Below, piece by piece: positions 1-8,608 of a stretch of DNA of 32,000 nucleotides. The notes beneath the pieces were generated by a model. The model had not been told where the DNA came from and did no database searches. It saw nothing but the letters and a program-made list of their open reading frames with translations. The stretch lies in the NCBI RefSeq assembly GCF_010993985.1, contig NZ_WINH01000005.1, positions 34,721 through 66,720 of the forward strand. The letters are read 5' to 3'. Position 1 is the first letter of the stretch, and each line of letters opens with the position of its first letter. Source of the DNA: Paraferrimonas sp. SM1919 (GTDB lineage Bacteria > Pseudomonadota > Gammaproteobacteria > Enterobacterales > Shewanellaceae). A program made the position numbers and the translations under genes.

Positions 1-3000
1 ATTTGAAAAGCCGATACTTTCGACTAATTGTGAAGCGGTATTACCTATTCCTGACATAAGTGAACTTTGTTGACCAAAAGAAAGTGCCGCTCCTGCTAAC
101 ATAGAGTTGTCAGATTTGTTGGCATTCAACCCTCGACCATTGACTATGTAGGATAATATTTCCGCTTGCTCCATGGCTGGATCACTGAAAAAGATGACAT
201 TTGGAGTTTGGGGAGTGCCACTTATCCTAACCCCAACAATAATATCGCTTTTGAGGATCTTTTTACTTGCTTCAATGTTAAGTGATGGTAGCTCTAAAGG
301 GCCTGAGAACTGGATTTCCCCTCGGGGGATATTAAGGGTTTGGCCTAATATTTGATAATTACCTTTTGCGACTCGTATGTCACCAAACAGTAAAGGTACA
401 TTAGATTGCTCTTGCCTGTATGTCAGCTTACCTAACAGTTCTCCGTTTAAACCAAAACCTTCGATTTTGATGTCAGGACCTACATTTATATTGACGTCGG
501 CAAATATTGGTATCATCAAATTAGCTTGGTCGACCTCAACATTATCGAGATAAATCACATCACCACTGACAGCAACGCCACCTTCAGGGAGACTGACTAG
601 TTGAATAATGCCTGTATGGGCATCAATGGTACCTGTTGCTGAAATGCCATTTTCCACTATGTCAAATCTGAGCTTAGGATCAATTTTAAAAGCAGCTATT
701 GGCGGGCTGGACACTTCTAGATTGTTGCCCTCTAGTTTTATGTAGCCATCAATCTTTTGATTAGGCCAGATAATCTCCCCAATAATATTGAGTTTGCCTT
801 CCCCCATATTGGCGCTACCTTTTAAGCCTGCTGCTTCTTCAATGAAGTTAAGATCTAAATTGATATTAGCCATTTGACTTGGGTTATCGAGCAGTGTTAA
901 CTCTCCATTTCTAAGGGTGATATTACCGGTGATTACTGGGTTATTAAGCGGCCCGCTAAATTGACTACTGGCATTAAGTGTCCCTTTTAAACTCTGCAAT
1001 TGACTGCTTAAGGCTAGCATTGGTTCAAGTTCAATATTTTCGGCATGGAAACTACCATTGATCTGCCTTTGTTGGTCATCCGAGACAGTGAATTTTGATG
1101 TAATTAATTGTTCCGCTTTTTTTATGGATAGCGCAGTGCTGATAACTTTGTGTCCATGGGCTACTAATTCTAATTGGTCAAAAGCTATCGATTTATCGAT
1201 GACGGTGTTTTTAATGCTGCCATCAAGGATGGTTAATTTCAGGTCGGTTTCTGGGGATTGGCCTTTTAACCATTGTGCCTTTAAATGGCCATTAACGTTA
1301 CCAGTGAGTTGATAAGGCTGATTAGGAAGGTTGTTGTTTAATTCCTCTATATCACCGTTAATACTGACAACCATGTTCCTCTGTTCAGCCCATTGCAGAG
1401 GTTGTTGTAAACACAATTGAATTTTTTCATGGTTCAGACAATTCTTATTGGCATAAAAATTATAATTTTTTAGATTAAATCGTGTCTCTAAGGGCGCTTG
1501 TAATTTGAAGGGCTTTTGGGCTGTGTTGATTGTCAGTTGATTAAACTGAGCATGGATCTCATCATTGTCATAACGTGTCTGGATGTTGGTGTCTAGGGTG
1601 ATTTGCCCACTGGTAGTGATACTGGAATGTTGTTGATTTAAATTACCGCGGCTGATCAAACCAAATTGCTGTTGTGATACTTCAAATAAGCGGTAATCAA
1701 CGGCATTTACATCCAGATAATAATCATTTTTATTTAGATCAAGTTTTGCAGTTAGAGATAGTTTGTTAATCAAAAGGTCGGGATAGCTGATGCCATTTAA
1801 ATCACCGTTAACGGTGACTAGGGGTAAGGGTTGTTCACCTAATAAAGAGGCGCTAATTTGACCTTGTCCGGCACTAAGTGGCAGGCCTAAAGGTCTTAAT
1901 GAATCCACATTTAACAATTGCGCATCAACCAGCAAGTCCCATTTATTGCGCTTTTCACCCACCACGCTTACAAGATTGCCACCGTAACTAAAATCAAATT
2001 GATTCACCTTGAACTGGGATAAATCATTATTAATATCGACACTGATTTGGCTTTGCCATGGCACTGAGCGATAGCTCGAATTTACAAACTGTGCATTGAA
2101 TGTTAGAGCGCCAGGGCTGGCTAATTGACTGATGTCGGCTTGGCCATTGATAACCTCAGGCAACCATGGCGCGAACTCCTGTAAATTAGCCTCTTTAAAA
2201 AGAACAGCGATGACCGCGCTGTTGTCTTTTAAACTGTAATTGCCACTAAAATCAAGCTTGCCCTGATCCAGCGTTAATTGTGCTTGCGATAAGCTAAGCA
2301 TGTCTTGATTGTGAGTGAGTATGCCACTGATTCTGATAGGCTTTGATTGTGTTTGGAACAAAACACTATCCCCGATAAACTGCACACTTTGGCTGTTCAG
2401 ATCGCCATTTATTGATAAATCAATCTCACTGAAGGTAATATCTTGTGGTTGTGATAGCGTTAATTTAGGTAAGGTGACTTTAGCATTAAAGGGAAGATCT
2501 GCAGTGATTAAACTGAGCGCACCAGTGGCCTTAGCTGTGATTTTACCGACAGAGTCAACATCGACAAAAAGTGTTGAAAAGTCACCTTTATTACTTATAT
2601 CGATACTTTCGAACCATTGGCCATAATTGGGGGAAGATAAAGAGAGTGTACCGACTAATGGATAGTCCCGATCAAATATCAAGCGCTGCTGTGCGGCTAT
2701 TTCAATGCCATTCCAGTTAAAATTGAGTTTATGAGCATCCAGTTGATAGCCCTGCCAATGGGCCATCAAATCAACATTACTGAAAGTTAACTTGTTATCG
2801 AGAATTAAATCAAATTGTTCAATACGGGCTTGTTCAACATCAAGGGCAAATTCTAGTTCAACCCCATTAAGAGCTATCGTTTGTTGTAATTGTTGCTCAA
2901 GGTTTGCATTGATCGTCTTTGGTGTTGGCGTTTGGGCAATTTGTAAGCTAAAGAATTGGCTGTGTAAATGTTTGACGATTAGCCCATCAGGAGTGATGTT

Positions 3001-3483
3001 AATCCCCCCTTGTAGCCCTTTAATATGGTATTGGTCTTGATAAATAGTCAGCTGCGCTTGTGCCAGTTGAATATATTCAGCAGTCAAATTAAAACCAAAA
3101 AATGCGTCATTGGCATGATTTGCATCAATGCTAGATTGCTCAGAGTTGATGTCCGCTTGGTTTTGGTTATCTTCTAAAGTAAGCAGCAATTGCTGAGCTT
3201 GAATTGAATTAACACAAATTTTGAATCGGTACAGGCAACTTAGTTGTAGGTCTAAATCAATATTATCAATGATGATGGCCAGTTCTTCATCAGCATAATG
3301 AAACCTAGTTAATTTTAAATCTTGATTGAGGGTACCAGATTGATATTCAATTGCGATCCCCAAGGGTAAGGCGTTGATGGTCTTTAGTAGTATTTGATTA
3401 CCGATATTGGTGTATATCAACAACGTGATTGCCACTAAGCTTGTGAACAGTAACAGTACAATTGCTTTGAGTAGTTTTATCAT
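1..3483 (-). CDS. tamB: TamB, translocation and assembly module inner-membrane subunit (partial; 3' end lies beyond the left window edge)
   Basis: Absent from the supplied track because it runs off the window edge. The minus-strand frame from ATG 3483..3481 stays open for 1161 codons down to nt 1. Spot translations: MIKLLKAIVLLLFTSLVAITLLIYTN at the 5' end, CLNHEKIQLCLQQPLQWAEQ at 1440..1381, and LMSGIGNTASQLVESIGFSN at 60..1. It has an N-terminal membrane anchor, a long beta-rich body and a DUF490-like distal part. The start overlaps the tamA stop (TAATG). Confidence 0.8.
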   Translation of the reverse strand, partial: MIKLLKAIVLLLFTSLVAITLLIYTNIGNQILLKTINALPLGIAIEYQSGTLNQDLKLTRFHYADEELAIIIDNIDLDLQLSCLYRFKICVNSIQAQQLLLTLEDNQNQADINSEQSSIDANHANDAFFGFNLTAEYIQLAQAQLTIYQDQYHIKGLQGGINITPDGLIVKHLHSQFFSLQIAQTPTPKTINANLEQQLQQTIALNGVELEFALDVEQARIEQFDLILDNKLTFSNVDLMAHWQGYQLDAHKLNFNWNGIEIAAQQRLIFDRDYPLVGTLSLSSPNYGQWFESIDISNKGDFSTLFVDVDSVGKITAKATGALSLITADLPFNAKVTLPKLTLSQPQDITFSEIDLSINGDLNSQSVQFIGDSVLFQTQSKPIRISGILTHNQDMLSLSQAQLTLDQGKLDFSGNYSLKDNSAVIAVLFKEANLQEFAPWLPEVINGQADISQLASPGALTFNAQFVNSSYRSVPWQSQISVDINNDLSQFKVNQFDFSYGGNLVSVVGEKRNKWDLLVDAQLLNVDSLRPLGLPLSAGQGQISASLLGEQPLPLVTVNGDLNGISYPDLLINKLSLTAKLDLNKNDYYLDVNAVDYRLFEVSQQQFGLISRGNLNQQHSSITTSGQITLDTNIQTRYDNDEIHAQFNQLTINTAQKPFKLQAPLETRFNLKNYNFYANKNCLNHEKIQLCLQQPLQWAEQRNMVVSINGDIEELNNNLPNQPYQLTGNVNGHLKAQWLKGQSPETDLKLTILDGSIKNTVIDKSIAFDQLELVAHGHKVISTALSIKKAEQLITSKFTVSDDQQRQINGSFHAENIELEPMLALSSQLQSLKGTLNASSQFSGPLNNPVITGNITLRNGELTLLDNPSQMANINLDLNFIEEAAGLKGSANMGEGKLNIIGEIIWPNQKIDGYIKLEGNNLEVSSPPIAAFKIDPKLRFDIVENGISATGTIDAHTGIIQLVSLPEGGVAVSGDVIYLDNVEVDQANLMIPIFADVNINVGPDIKIEGFGLNGELLGKLTYRQEQSNVPLLFGDIRVAKGNYQILGQTLNIPRGEIQFSGPLELPSLNIEASKKILKSDIIVGVRISGTPQTPNVIFFSDPAMEQAEILSYIVNGRGLNANKSDNSMLAGAALSFGQQSSLMSGIGNTASQLVESIGFSN

Positions 3484-5309
3484 TATAGTTCGGAACCAAT
3501 TACAAGATGGACGCGCCAAGGGCGTTGACTTCGTTCGCTTACCCCAACGACACCGACACCGAGATCTAATTTGATTGGGCCAATGGGGGAAATCCAGTGA
3601 ATACCACTGCCAACGGAAACAATAGGATCAAACTCATGGCTGTTAAAAGCATTACCACCATCAACAAACCCCGCTACTCGCCATTCAGAATTTAAATAGT
3701 ACTGGTATTCGGCACTTGCCACTAATTTATAACGGCCACCAATGATCTCCCGATAGACAGTGCCATCTGATGGGTCAATGCGGCCAATACTTGGTCCAAG
3801 TTCATTTCGCTCGAAGCCCCGAATGGAGTTATCGCCACCCGCATAAAATCGTAGCGAAGGGATCACTTGATTGACTTCTTGATCATTAACCAAATTAATT
3901 CCAGCTTCTCCTTTTAATACAACACGGTGCCTGCGATTAAAGGTGTTTATCCATTTGCCACTCACATCAAGTCTGATGAGCCTAGTTTTTGAGCCCCAAA
4001 AGGGATCCGCGTAATCAACACGGTAATGTTGTCGATAACCAGAGGCAGGATCGAGACTTGCATCGCCACGATATACCTTTGAAAAAGTTAATCCAGGATA
4101 AGCATAAAAAGGTGAATAATTGATATTGTCTTCTGTGTAATTCTCTTTTGCAGCCTCGATGTAATAGGAAAAAAGCCACTCATTATCTAATTGGTATTGC
4201 CTAGAACTGCCAATCTTGAATAGATCTGATTGACGGCGAGTGTTGCCATCAAATTCACCATTATCGTTAAGTGTCTGAATTAGGCCGTATTTATTATTTG
4301 TATAACTGGCATAAAAATTAAGTAGGTCATCATTGGCGTGTGTTAATGGAATAGTATAGATGCTCTGCACTTTAGGTCTTTGAGATAATTCTAAAGTCGT
4401 TTGTTGGCGGTGACCTTGCTCATTAATCGATGGTGTTCGCCAGGTCGTGGTAAAACGAGGACCGTCATCAGTTGAGGCACCGAGACCTAGCTCCAATGAA
4501 TGATCGGGCTTGTCCTGCAGATCTACTTTAATGGGTATACGACCTTGGTTTTGTTCATCTATAAGTGGTAACACTTTAATAGAGCTGAAGTAATTGGTTT
4601 TGACTAATGCTTGATTGAGTTTTGAAACGGCACGACTCGAATAGGGACTATCAAACTTGAAGGGGACAAGATTATTTAACAGCTGCTCATCCAAGCTACT
4701 CCCAAAGAAGCTTACTCGACCAATACGGGCCCGTTTGCCACTGTCGTAATGAAGGAGTATTTGTGCTTGTTGGGTCAAGCGATTCACTCTTAGTTGTTGT
4801 TCAATGAATTTACCATTGAAATATCCCTTGGTTAACCCTAGTGACTGTATTTTAGATTTCAGCGTTTCATAGCTGCCATGGTTAAGCCCCATTCCTGGTT
4901 TGATGTTGACTTTATCGAGTAATTTATCAAAATCCGGATCAGACTCAGCTTCACCTTCAATTGATATTTTAACCCACTCAATGGTGGTTCGAGGGCCTGT
5001 GGATATGATGATATGAAGTTTCCATAACTCATTACTTTGGTCTAACTCGGTTTTAAATTCTCCTTGATAATAACCGAGAGATTGGAATGCTTCTGGCATT
5101 TTTTTTTCAACAGAGAATATGAAATTGTTTCTTTGGTTTACATTAGTGGGTAGAGCGCCTAAATGGGCTTTGATGTTATTGGCGAGAGTTTGATCTGCAC
5201 CTGCTATCGTGAATTCTAAATTAGGTGCGGCAGTTTTGTTCTCGACTGTGAATCCAGCAAAGGCGTGAAGTAGCAACAAAACTGTCAAAGCAAGTCTAAA
5301 TTTCATCAC
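3483..5309 (-). CDS. tamA: TamA, Omp85-family outer-membrane protein assembly factor
   Basis: 608-aa ORF with signal peptide MMKFRLALTVLLLLHAFA. It has a POTRA-like N-terminal part and a surface-antigen beta-barrel C-terminal part. It lies directly upstream of tamB and is coupled to it. Confidence 0.85.
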   Translation of the reverse strand: MMKFRLALTVLLLLHAFAGFTVENKTAAPNLEFTIAGADQTLANNIKAHLGALPTNVNQRNNFIFSVEKKMPEAFQSLGYYQGEFKTELDQSNELWKLHIIISTGPRTTIEWVKISIEGEAESDPDFDKLLDKVNIKPGMGLNHGSYETLKSKIQSLGLTKGYFNGKFIEQQLRVNRLTQQAQILLHYDSGKRARIGRVSFFGSSLDEQLLNNLVPFKFDSPYSSRAVSKLNQALVKTNYFSSIKVLPLIDEQNQGRIPIKVDLQDKPDHSLELGLGASTDDGPRFTTTWRTPSINEQGHRQQTTLELSQRPKVQSIYTIPLTHANDDLLNFYASYTNNKYGLIQTLNDNGEFDGNTRRQSDLFKIGSSRQYQLDNEWLFSYYIEAAKENYTEDNINYSPFYAYPGLTFSKVYRGDASLDPASGYRQHYRVDYADPFWGSKTRLIRLDVSGKWINTFNRRHRVVLKGEAGINLVNDQEVNQVIPSLRFYAGGDNSIRGFERNELGPSIGRIDPSDGTVYREIIGGRYKLVASAEYQYYLNSEWRVAGFVDGGNAFNSHEFDPIVSVGSGIHWISPIGPIKLDLGVGVVGVSERSQRPWRVHLVIGSEL

Positions 5310-5387
5310 GGTCCAGAAAATTTATTTCGTAGATTTATAAATGAGTTAAGATAAATAGTAATCGATTATTTTCAAAAGTAACAGGAG

Positions 5388-6002
5388 TTGTCCTTGGCTA
5401 ATCGTGTTTTATTGCTGTTTGCTCATCCAAACCAGAAACATTCACGTCTTAACGTTAAAATGTTTCAGCATGCACAGGCTGTACAAGGGATAACCTGTGT
5501 CGATCTATACGCGTTATACCCTGATCACCGCATCGATGTAGATGCCCAACAAACACTGTTACTTGAACATGACATCGTGTTGCTTCAATTTCCTTTTTAC
5601 TGGTATTCCACTCCATCAATATTAAAAGAGTGGCAGGATCTGGTACTTGAATACGGTTTTGCCTATGGCCATGAGGGTAAAGCATTATTAGACAAAAAGT
5701 TTGTATGTGCTCTGACAGCTGGTGGTAAAGATTCTGCTTACATTGCTGATGGCATTAACCAACATCCGATAAGCGATTTTTTACTGCCATTAAAACAAAC
5801 CAGTAAACTGTGCTCTATGGTTTGGCTGCCACACTTTCAAATTACAAATGCCCGTAGCTTTGATGCAAAACACAAAGTAGCAGAGGTGATTGCTCAATGG
5901 CAGCAATTCTTAGAATATTTAGTCAATACAGAAGATTTTAGCCCGCTTGATAACAGTACCCCGATTAATGGGCAGATCATTAAGGAGCATAATAATGACT
6001 GA
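5388..6002 (+). CDS. kefG: Glutathione-regulated K+ efflux system ancillary quinone oxidoreductase (KefG/KefF family)
   Basis: 204-aa ORF with a TTG start preceded by AACAGGAG. It resembles the flavodoxin-like NAD(P)H dehydrogenase fold of E. coli KefG (VLLLFAHP, LLEHDIVLLQFPFYWYSTPSILKEW). The stop overlaps the start of the downstream Kef antiporter gene. Confidence 0.8.
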   Translation: MSLANRVLLLFAHPNQKHSRLNVKMFQHAQAVQGITCVDLYALYPDHRIDVDAQQTLLLEHDIVLLQFPFYWYSTPSILKEWQDLVLEYGFAYGHEGKALLDKKFVCALTAGGKDSAYIADGINQHPISDFLLPLKQTSKLCSMVWLPHFQITNARSFDAKHKVAEVIAQWQQFLEYLVNTEDFSPLDNSTPINGQIIKEHNND

Positions 6003-7911
6003 GTTGTTTTTAAATGTGCTGTTGTATATGGTCGCGGCAGTTATTGCCGTTCCCCTAGCTAATAGACTTGGTCTTGGCTCAGTTTTAGGTTACCTAATTG
6101 CAGGCTTGGCCATTGGCCCTATGATTGAAATGTTTGGTAATGACACCACCTCTATTCAACATTTCGCTGAATTTGGTGTGGTGATGATGCTGTTCTTAGT
6201 GGGATTAGAACTTGAGCCGCAAAAGTTGTGGCAAATGCGTGGTCGTTTATTCGGACTGGGTGGATTACAGTTAGGTTTATCAGCCGCGGTGATTACAGGA
6301 CTATGTGTAATTGTTGGTGTTGCCTGGCAAAGTGCAATAGCGGTTGGCTTATTACTGGCATTATCTTCCACCGCTATTGTCTTGCAATCTCTGGCGGAAA
6401 AAGGCCTGAATAAGGTGGAAGGTGGGCAAGGGGCCTTTAGTGTTTTGCTGTTCCAAGATATTGCTGTGATTCCCATGTTGGCGCTATTACCGTTGTTGGC
6501 CATCCCTGAATTAATGCAAGCGGGCAACAATCTTAAGGAGGCTGCCGAACACCATCAAAGTTTGTCGTTAGTCGCCCATTTACCTAGTTGGGGGCATGCA
6601 CTGGTGGTGATTGCCGCGATTGGGGGGGTGATTGTGGCCGGTCATTATTTATCTAGGCCACTATTTCGATTCATTGCTAACTGGGGCAGCCGTGAGATCT
6701 TCACTGCTGCCAGTTTAATGTTAGTGATTGGTATTGCGGCGTTAATGAACCTAGTTGGGTTGTCGGCTGCACTGGGGACTTTTTTAGCTGGGGTTGTATT
6801 AGCGAACTCAGAATTTCGCCATGAACTTGAAGCTAACCTAGAGCCGTTTAAGGGCTTATTGCTTGGTTTATTCTTTATTACCGTTGGTGCAGGTATTGCC
6901 ATTGATAGCCTGCTGGCTGACTTTGGCTTAATTATTGGGTTAACCCTTGGGTTGATGGCCATTAAGGGGCTGGTAATTTGGTTCCTAGCCCCCGTGTTTG
7001 CGATTAAGGGCAGCGATCGCTGGTTGATTTCACTGTGTTTGGCTCAAGCAGGTGAATTTGGTTTTGTGTTAATCAGTTATACCTTAACTAATTCAATTAT
7101 TAGTCATGAGCTTGGGCAGACCTTATCTTTGGTAGTGGCCATGTCTATGTTATTGACGCCGCTATTGTTTATTTTCTACCAGAAAGTCATCGTGCCTAGG
7201 TATGTGGCCAAAGAAGAAGCGCGAGAGGCGGATACCATTACTGAAAAAGGCACAGTGATCATCGCCGGTGTCGGTCGTTTTGGACAGATTGTCAATCGGT
7301 TATTGGTGGCTAATGAGGTGCCCTGTGTCGCGATTGATTCTCAGGTGAGTTTAATCGAACGGATGCGTACAGTGGGGATTCGCAGTTACTATGGCGATGC
7401 CACCGATCCTAATCTTTTACATACCGCGGGTATCGACCAAGCCGCGGCGATTGTGATTGCCCTTGATGATCCCCATAAAACGGTCGAATTGACTCAATAT
7501 GTCAAACGAACCCATCCTAAGGTTAAGGTGATTGCCCGAAGTTTTGATAGAGGTCACGGTTATCAATTAGAGCGCAGTGGCGCTGATACTATTATTTCCG
7601 AAACTTATTATTCAGCCTTGGAGGCTGGGAAACAAACTTTAGAACAAGTGGGATACCATCCTTACCATGCTTATACTCAAGCGTCTTTGTTTAAAGAAGT
7701 CGAAGCGGAGCATCACGATGAATTGTTTACATTATGGCTAGGGGATGGTGACGAACCACAATACGGTAATAATTATCGAGAACTGTTCGTACAACTTAAT
7801 AAAACCCTTGAAAAACATATGGGTAAGGGCAGGCACCACAGTCAATCGGGTATGGATCGCAATTGGAACCCACCGCCGATCGGGTACGCAGATACGATTG
7901 ATAAAGAATGA
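5995..7911 (+). CDS. kefB: Glutathione-regulated potassium-efflux system protein (KefB/KefC, CPA2 antiporter with C-terminal RCK/KTN domain)
   Basis: Multi-TM Na/H-exchanger-type N-terminal domain plus a Rossmann motif IIAGVGRFGQ. I chose ATG 5995 (MTELFLNVLL) rather than the longest-ORF start at 5947. It overlaps the kefG stop by 8 nt, and the 16 extra residues lie inside kefG. Confidence 0.85.
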   Translation: MTELFLNVLLYMVAAVIAVPLANRLGLGSVLGYLIAGLAIGPMIEMFGNDTTSIQHFAEFGVVMMLFLVGLELEPQKLWQMRGRLFGLGGLQLGLSAAVITGLCVIVGVAWQSAIAVGLLLALSSTAIVLQSLAEKGLNKVEGGQGAFSVLLFQDIAVIPMLALLPLLAIPELMQAGNNLKEAAEHHQSLSLVAHLPSWGHALVVIAAIGGVIVAGHYLSRPLFRFIANWGSREIFTAASLMLVIGIAALMNLVGLSAALGTFLAGVVLANSEFRHELEANLEPFKGLLLGLFFITVGAGIAIDSLLADFGLIIGLTLGLMAIKGLVIWFLAPVFAIKGSDRWLISLCLAQAGEFGFVLISYTLTNSIISHELGQTLSLVVAMSMLLTPLLFIFYQKVIVPRYVAKEEAREADTITEKGTVIIAGVGRFGQIVNRLLVANEVPCVAIDSQVSLIERMRTVGIRSYYGDATDPNLLHTAGIDQAAAIVIALDDPHKTVELTQYVKRTHPKVKVIARSFDRGHGYQLERSGADTIISETYYSALEAGKQTLEQVGYHPYHAYTQASLFKEVEAEHHDELFTLWLGDGDEPQYGNNYRELFVQLNKTLEKHMGKGRHHSQSGMDRNWNPPPIGYADTIDKE

Positions 7912-8019
7912 GTGAATTCGGTTAGATTTTATACCTTTGGTTTTTTCTACATATTTTAGGTAAAACTATCTTGGCCTAGCTACACTTAAAATGATTATCA
8001 TTTAGGGGGAAATACGTTT

Positions 8020-8436
8020 ATGGATTCAATTAAAGTAAGAGATCATATGAATCGTCATCCTTTATTGCTAAAGGCTGATACTCCTTTATCCGAAATTGTT
8101 GCAAAATTGGTCGAAGCTAAGCAAATGGGTGCTCCGGTAGTTAATCTCAATGGAGCACTTATTGGCTTTGTTTCAGAGCAGGATTGTTTAGCTAAAATGG
8201 TCAGTGCCACTTATCACTGTGAGGTGATTGCTAATGCCGAAGATATCATGCGTACTGATGTGTTAACGGTAGATATAGAAGATTCCATTTTGCAAGTAGC
8301 AAGTCTGATGCAAGAAGGCAAACCAAAGATTTACCCAGTACTTGAAAACGGCCAACTTGTTGGTGTCATCACTCGTAATCATGTGCTCAAAACCCTCTCT
8401 GAACATATCCATGAGTGTTACTCTAAAGCGGTGTAG
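8020..8436 (+). CDS. CBS domain pair protein
   Basis: 138-aa ORF with two CBS-like repeats (PLLLKADTPLSEIVAKL...GAPVVN...GFVSEQD and VLTVDIEDSILQVASLM...YPVLENGQLVGVITRNHVL). An AGGGGGA Shine-Dalgarno precedes the start. Confidence 0.75.
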   Translation: MDSIKVRDHMNRHPLLLKADTPLSEIVAKLVEAKQMGAPVVNLNGALIGFVSEQDCLAKMVSATYHCEVIANAEDIMRTDVLTVDIEDSILQVASLMQEGKPKIYPVLENGQLVGVITRNHVLKTLSEHIHECYSKAV

Positions 8437-8455
8437 TCATCGAACTACTTATCCT

Positions 8456-8479
8456 GCCGCCCATTTGGGCGGCTTTTTT
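8456..8479 (+). terminator. Rho-independent terminator after the CBS gene
   Basis: GCCGCCC-ATTT-GGGCGGC stem-loop followed by TTTTTT. Confidence 0.75.
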
Positions 8480-8608
8480 GTGGCTAACGTCGGCTATGGT
8501 GCTGGTTTTTTACTCGAATAGTCGGTATCCATAGGCACTTTATATTCAACAGGAGTGAGCAGTGGTATTATTAGTACTAAGTTTTAGGTTTTACATTGGG
8601 TTAGGGCA

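Noticed and set aside
173-3040. Four plus-strand ORFs (60-103 aa) listed in the track over the leftmost 3 kb
   Set aside because: They lie antisense to the uninterrupted tamB reading frame and have Cys/Ser/Leu-rich nonsense-like composition, so they are shadow ORFs.
5947-5994. Longest-ORF start of the Kef antiporter (MITVPRLMGRSLRSII extension)
   Set aside because: The extension lies entirely inside kefG in another frame. ATG 5995 gives the usual hydrophobic KefB/KefC N-terminus and a typical stop/start overlap.
6156-6962. Antisense ORFs of 124 aa, 105 aa and a 61-aa sense-strand alternative-frame ORF inside kefB
   Set aside because: They lie inside a well-supported CDS and have low-complexity Pro/Ser/Asn-rich composition, so they are shadow ORFs. 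The same reasoning applies to 5455..5685, 9709..9969, 12459..12836, 13990..14199, 14694..14981, 16134..16331, 16529..16765, 17552..17755, 20064..20501, 21073..21276, 21975..22356, 22822..23013, 25029..25265, 26238..26453, 27968..28159, 28478..28780, 29104..29392, 29728..30217, 31131..31325 and 31527..31814.
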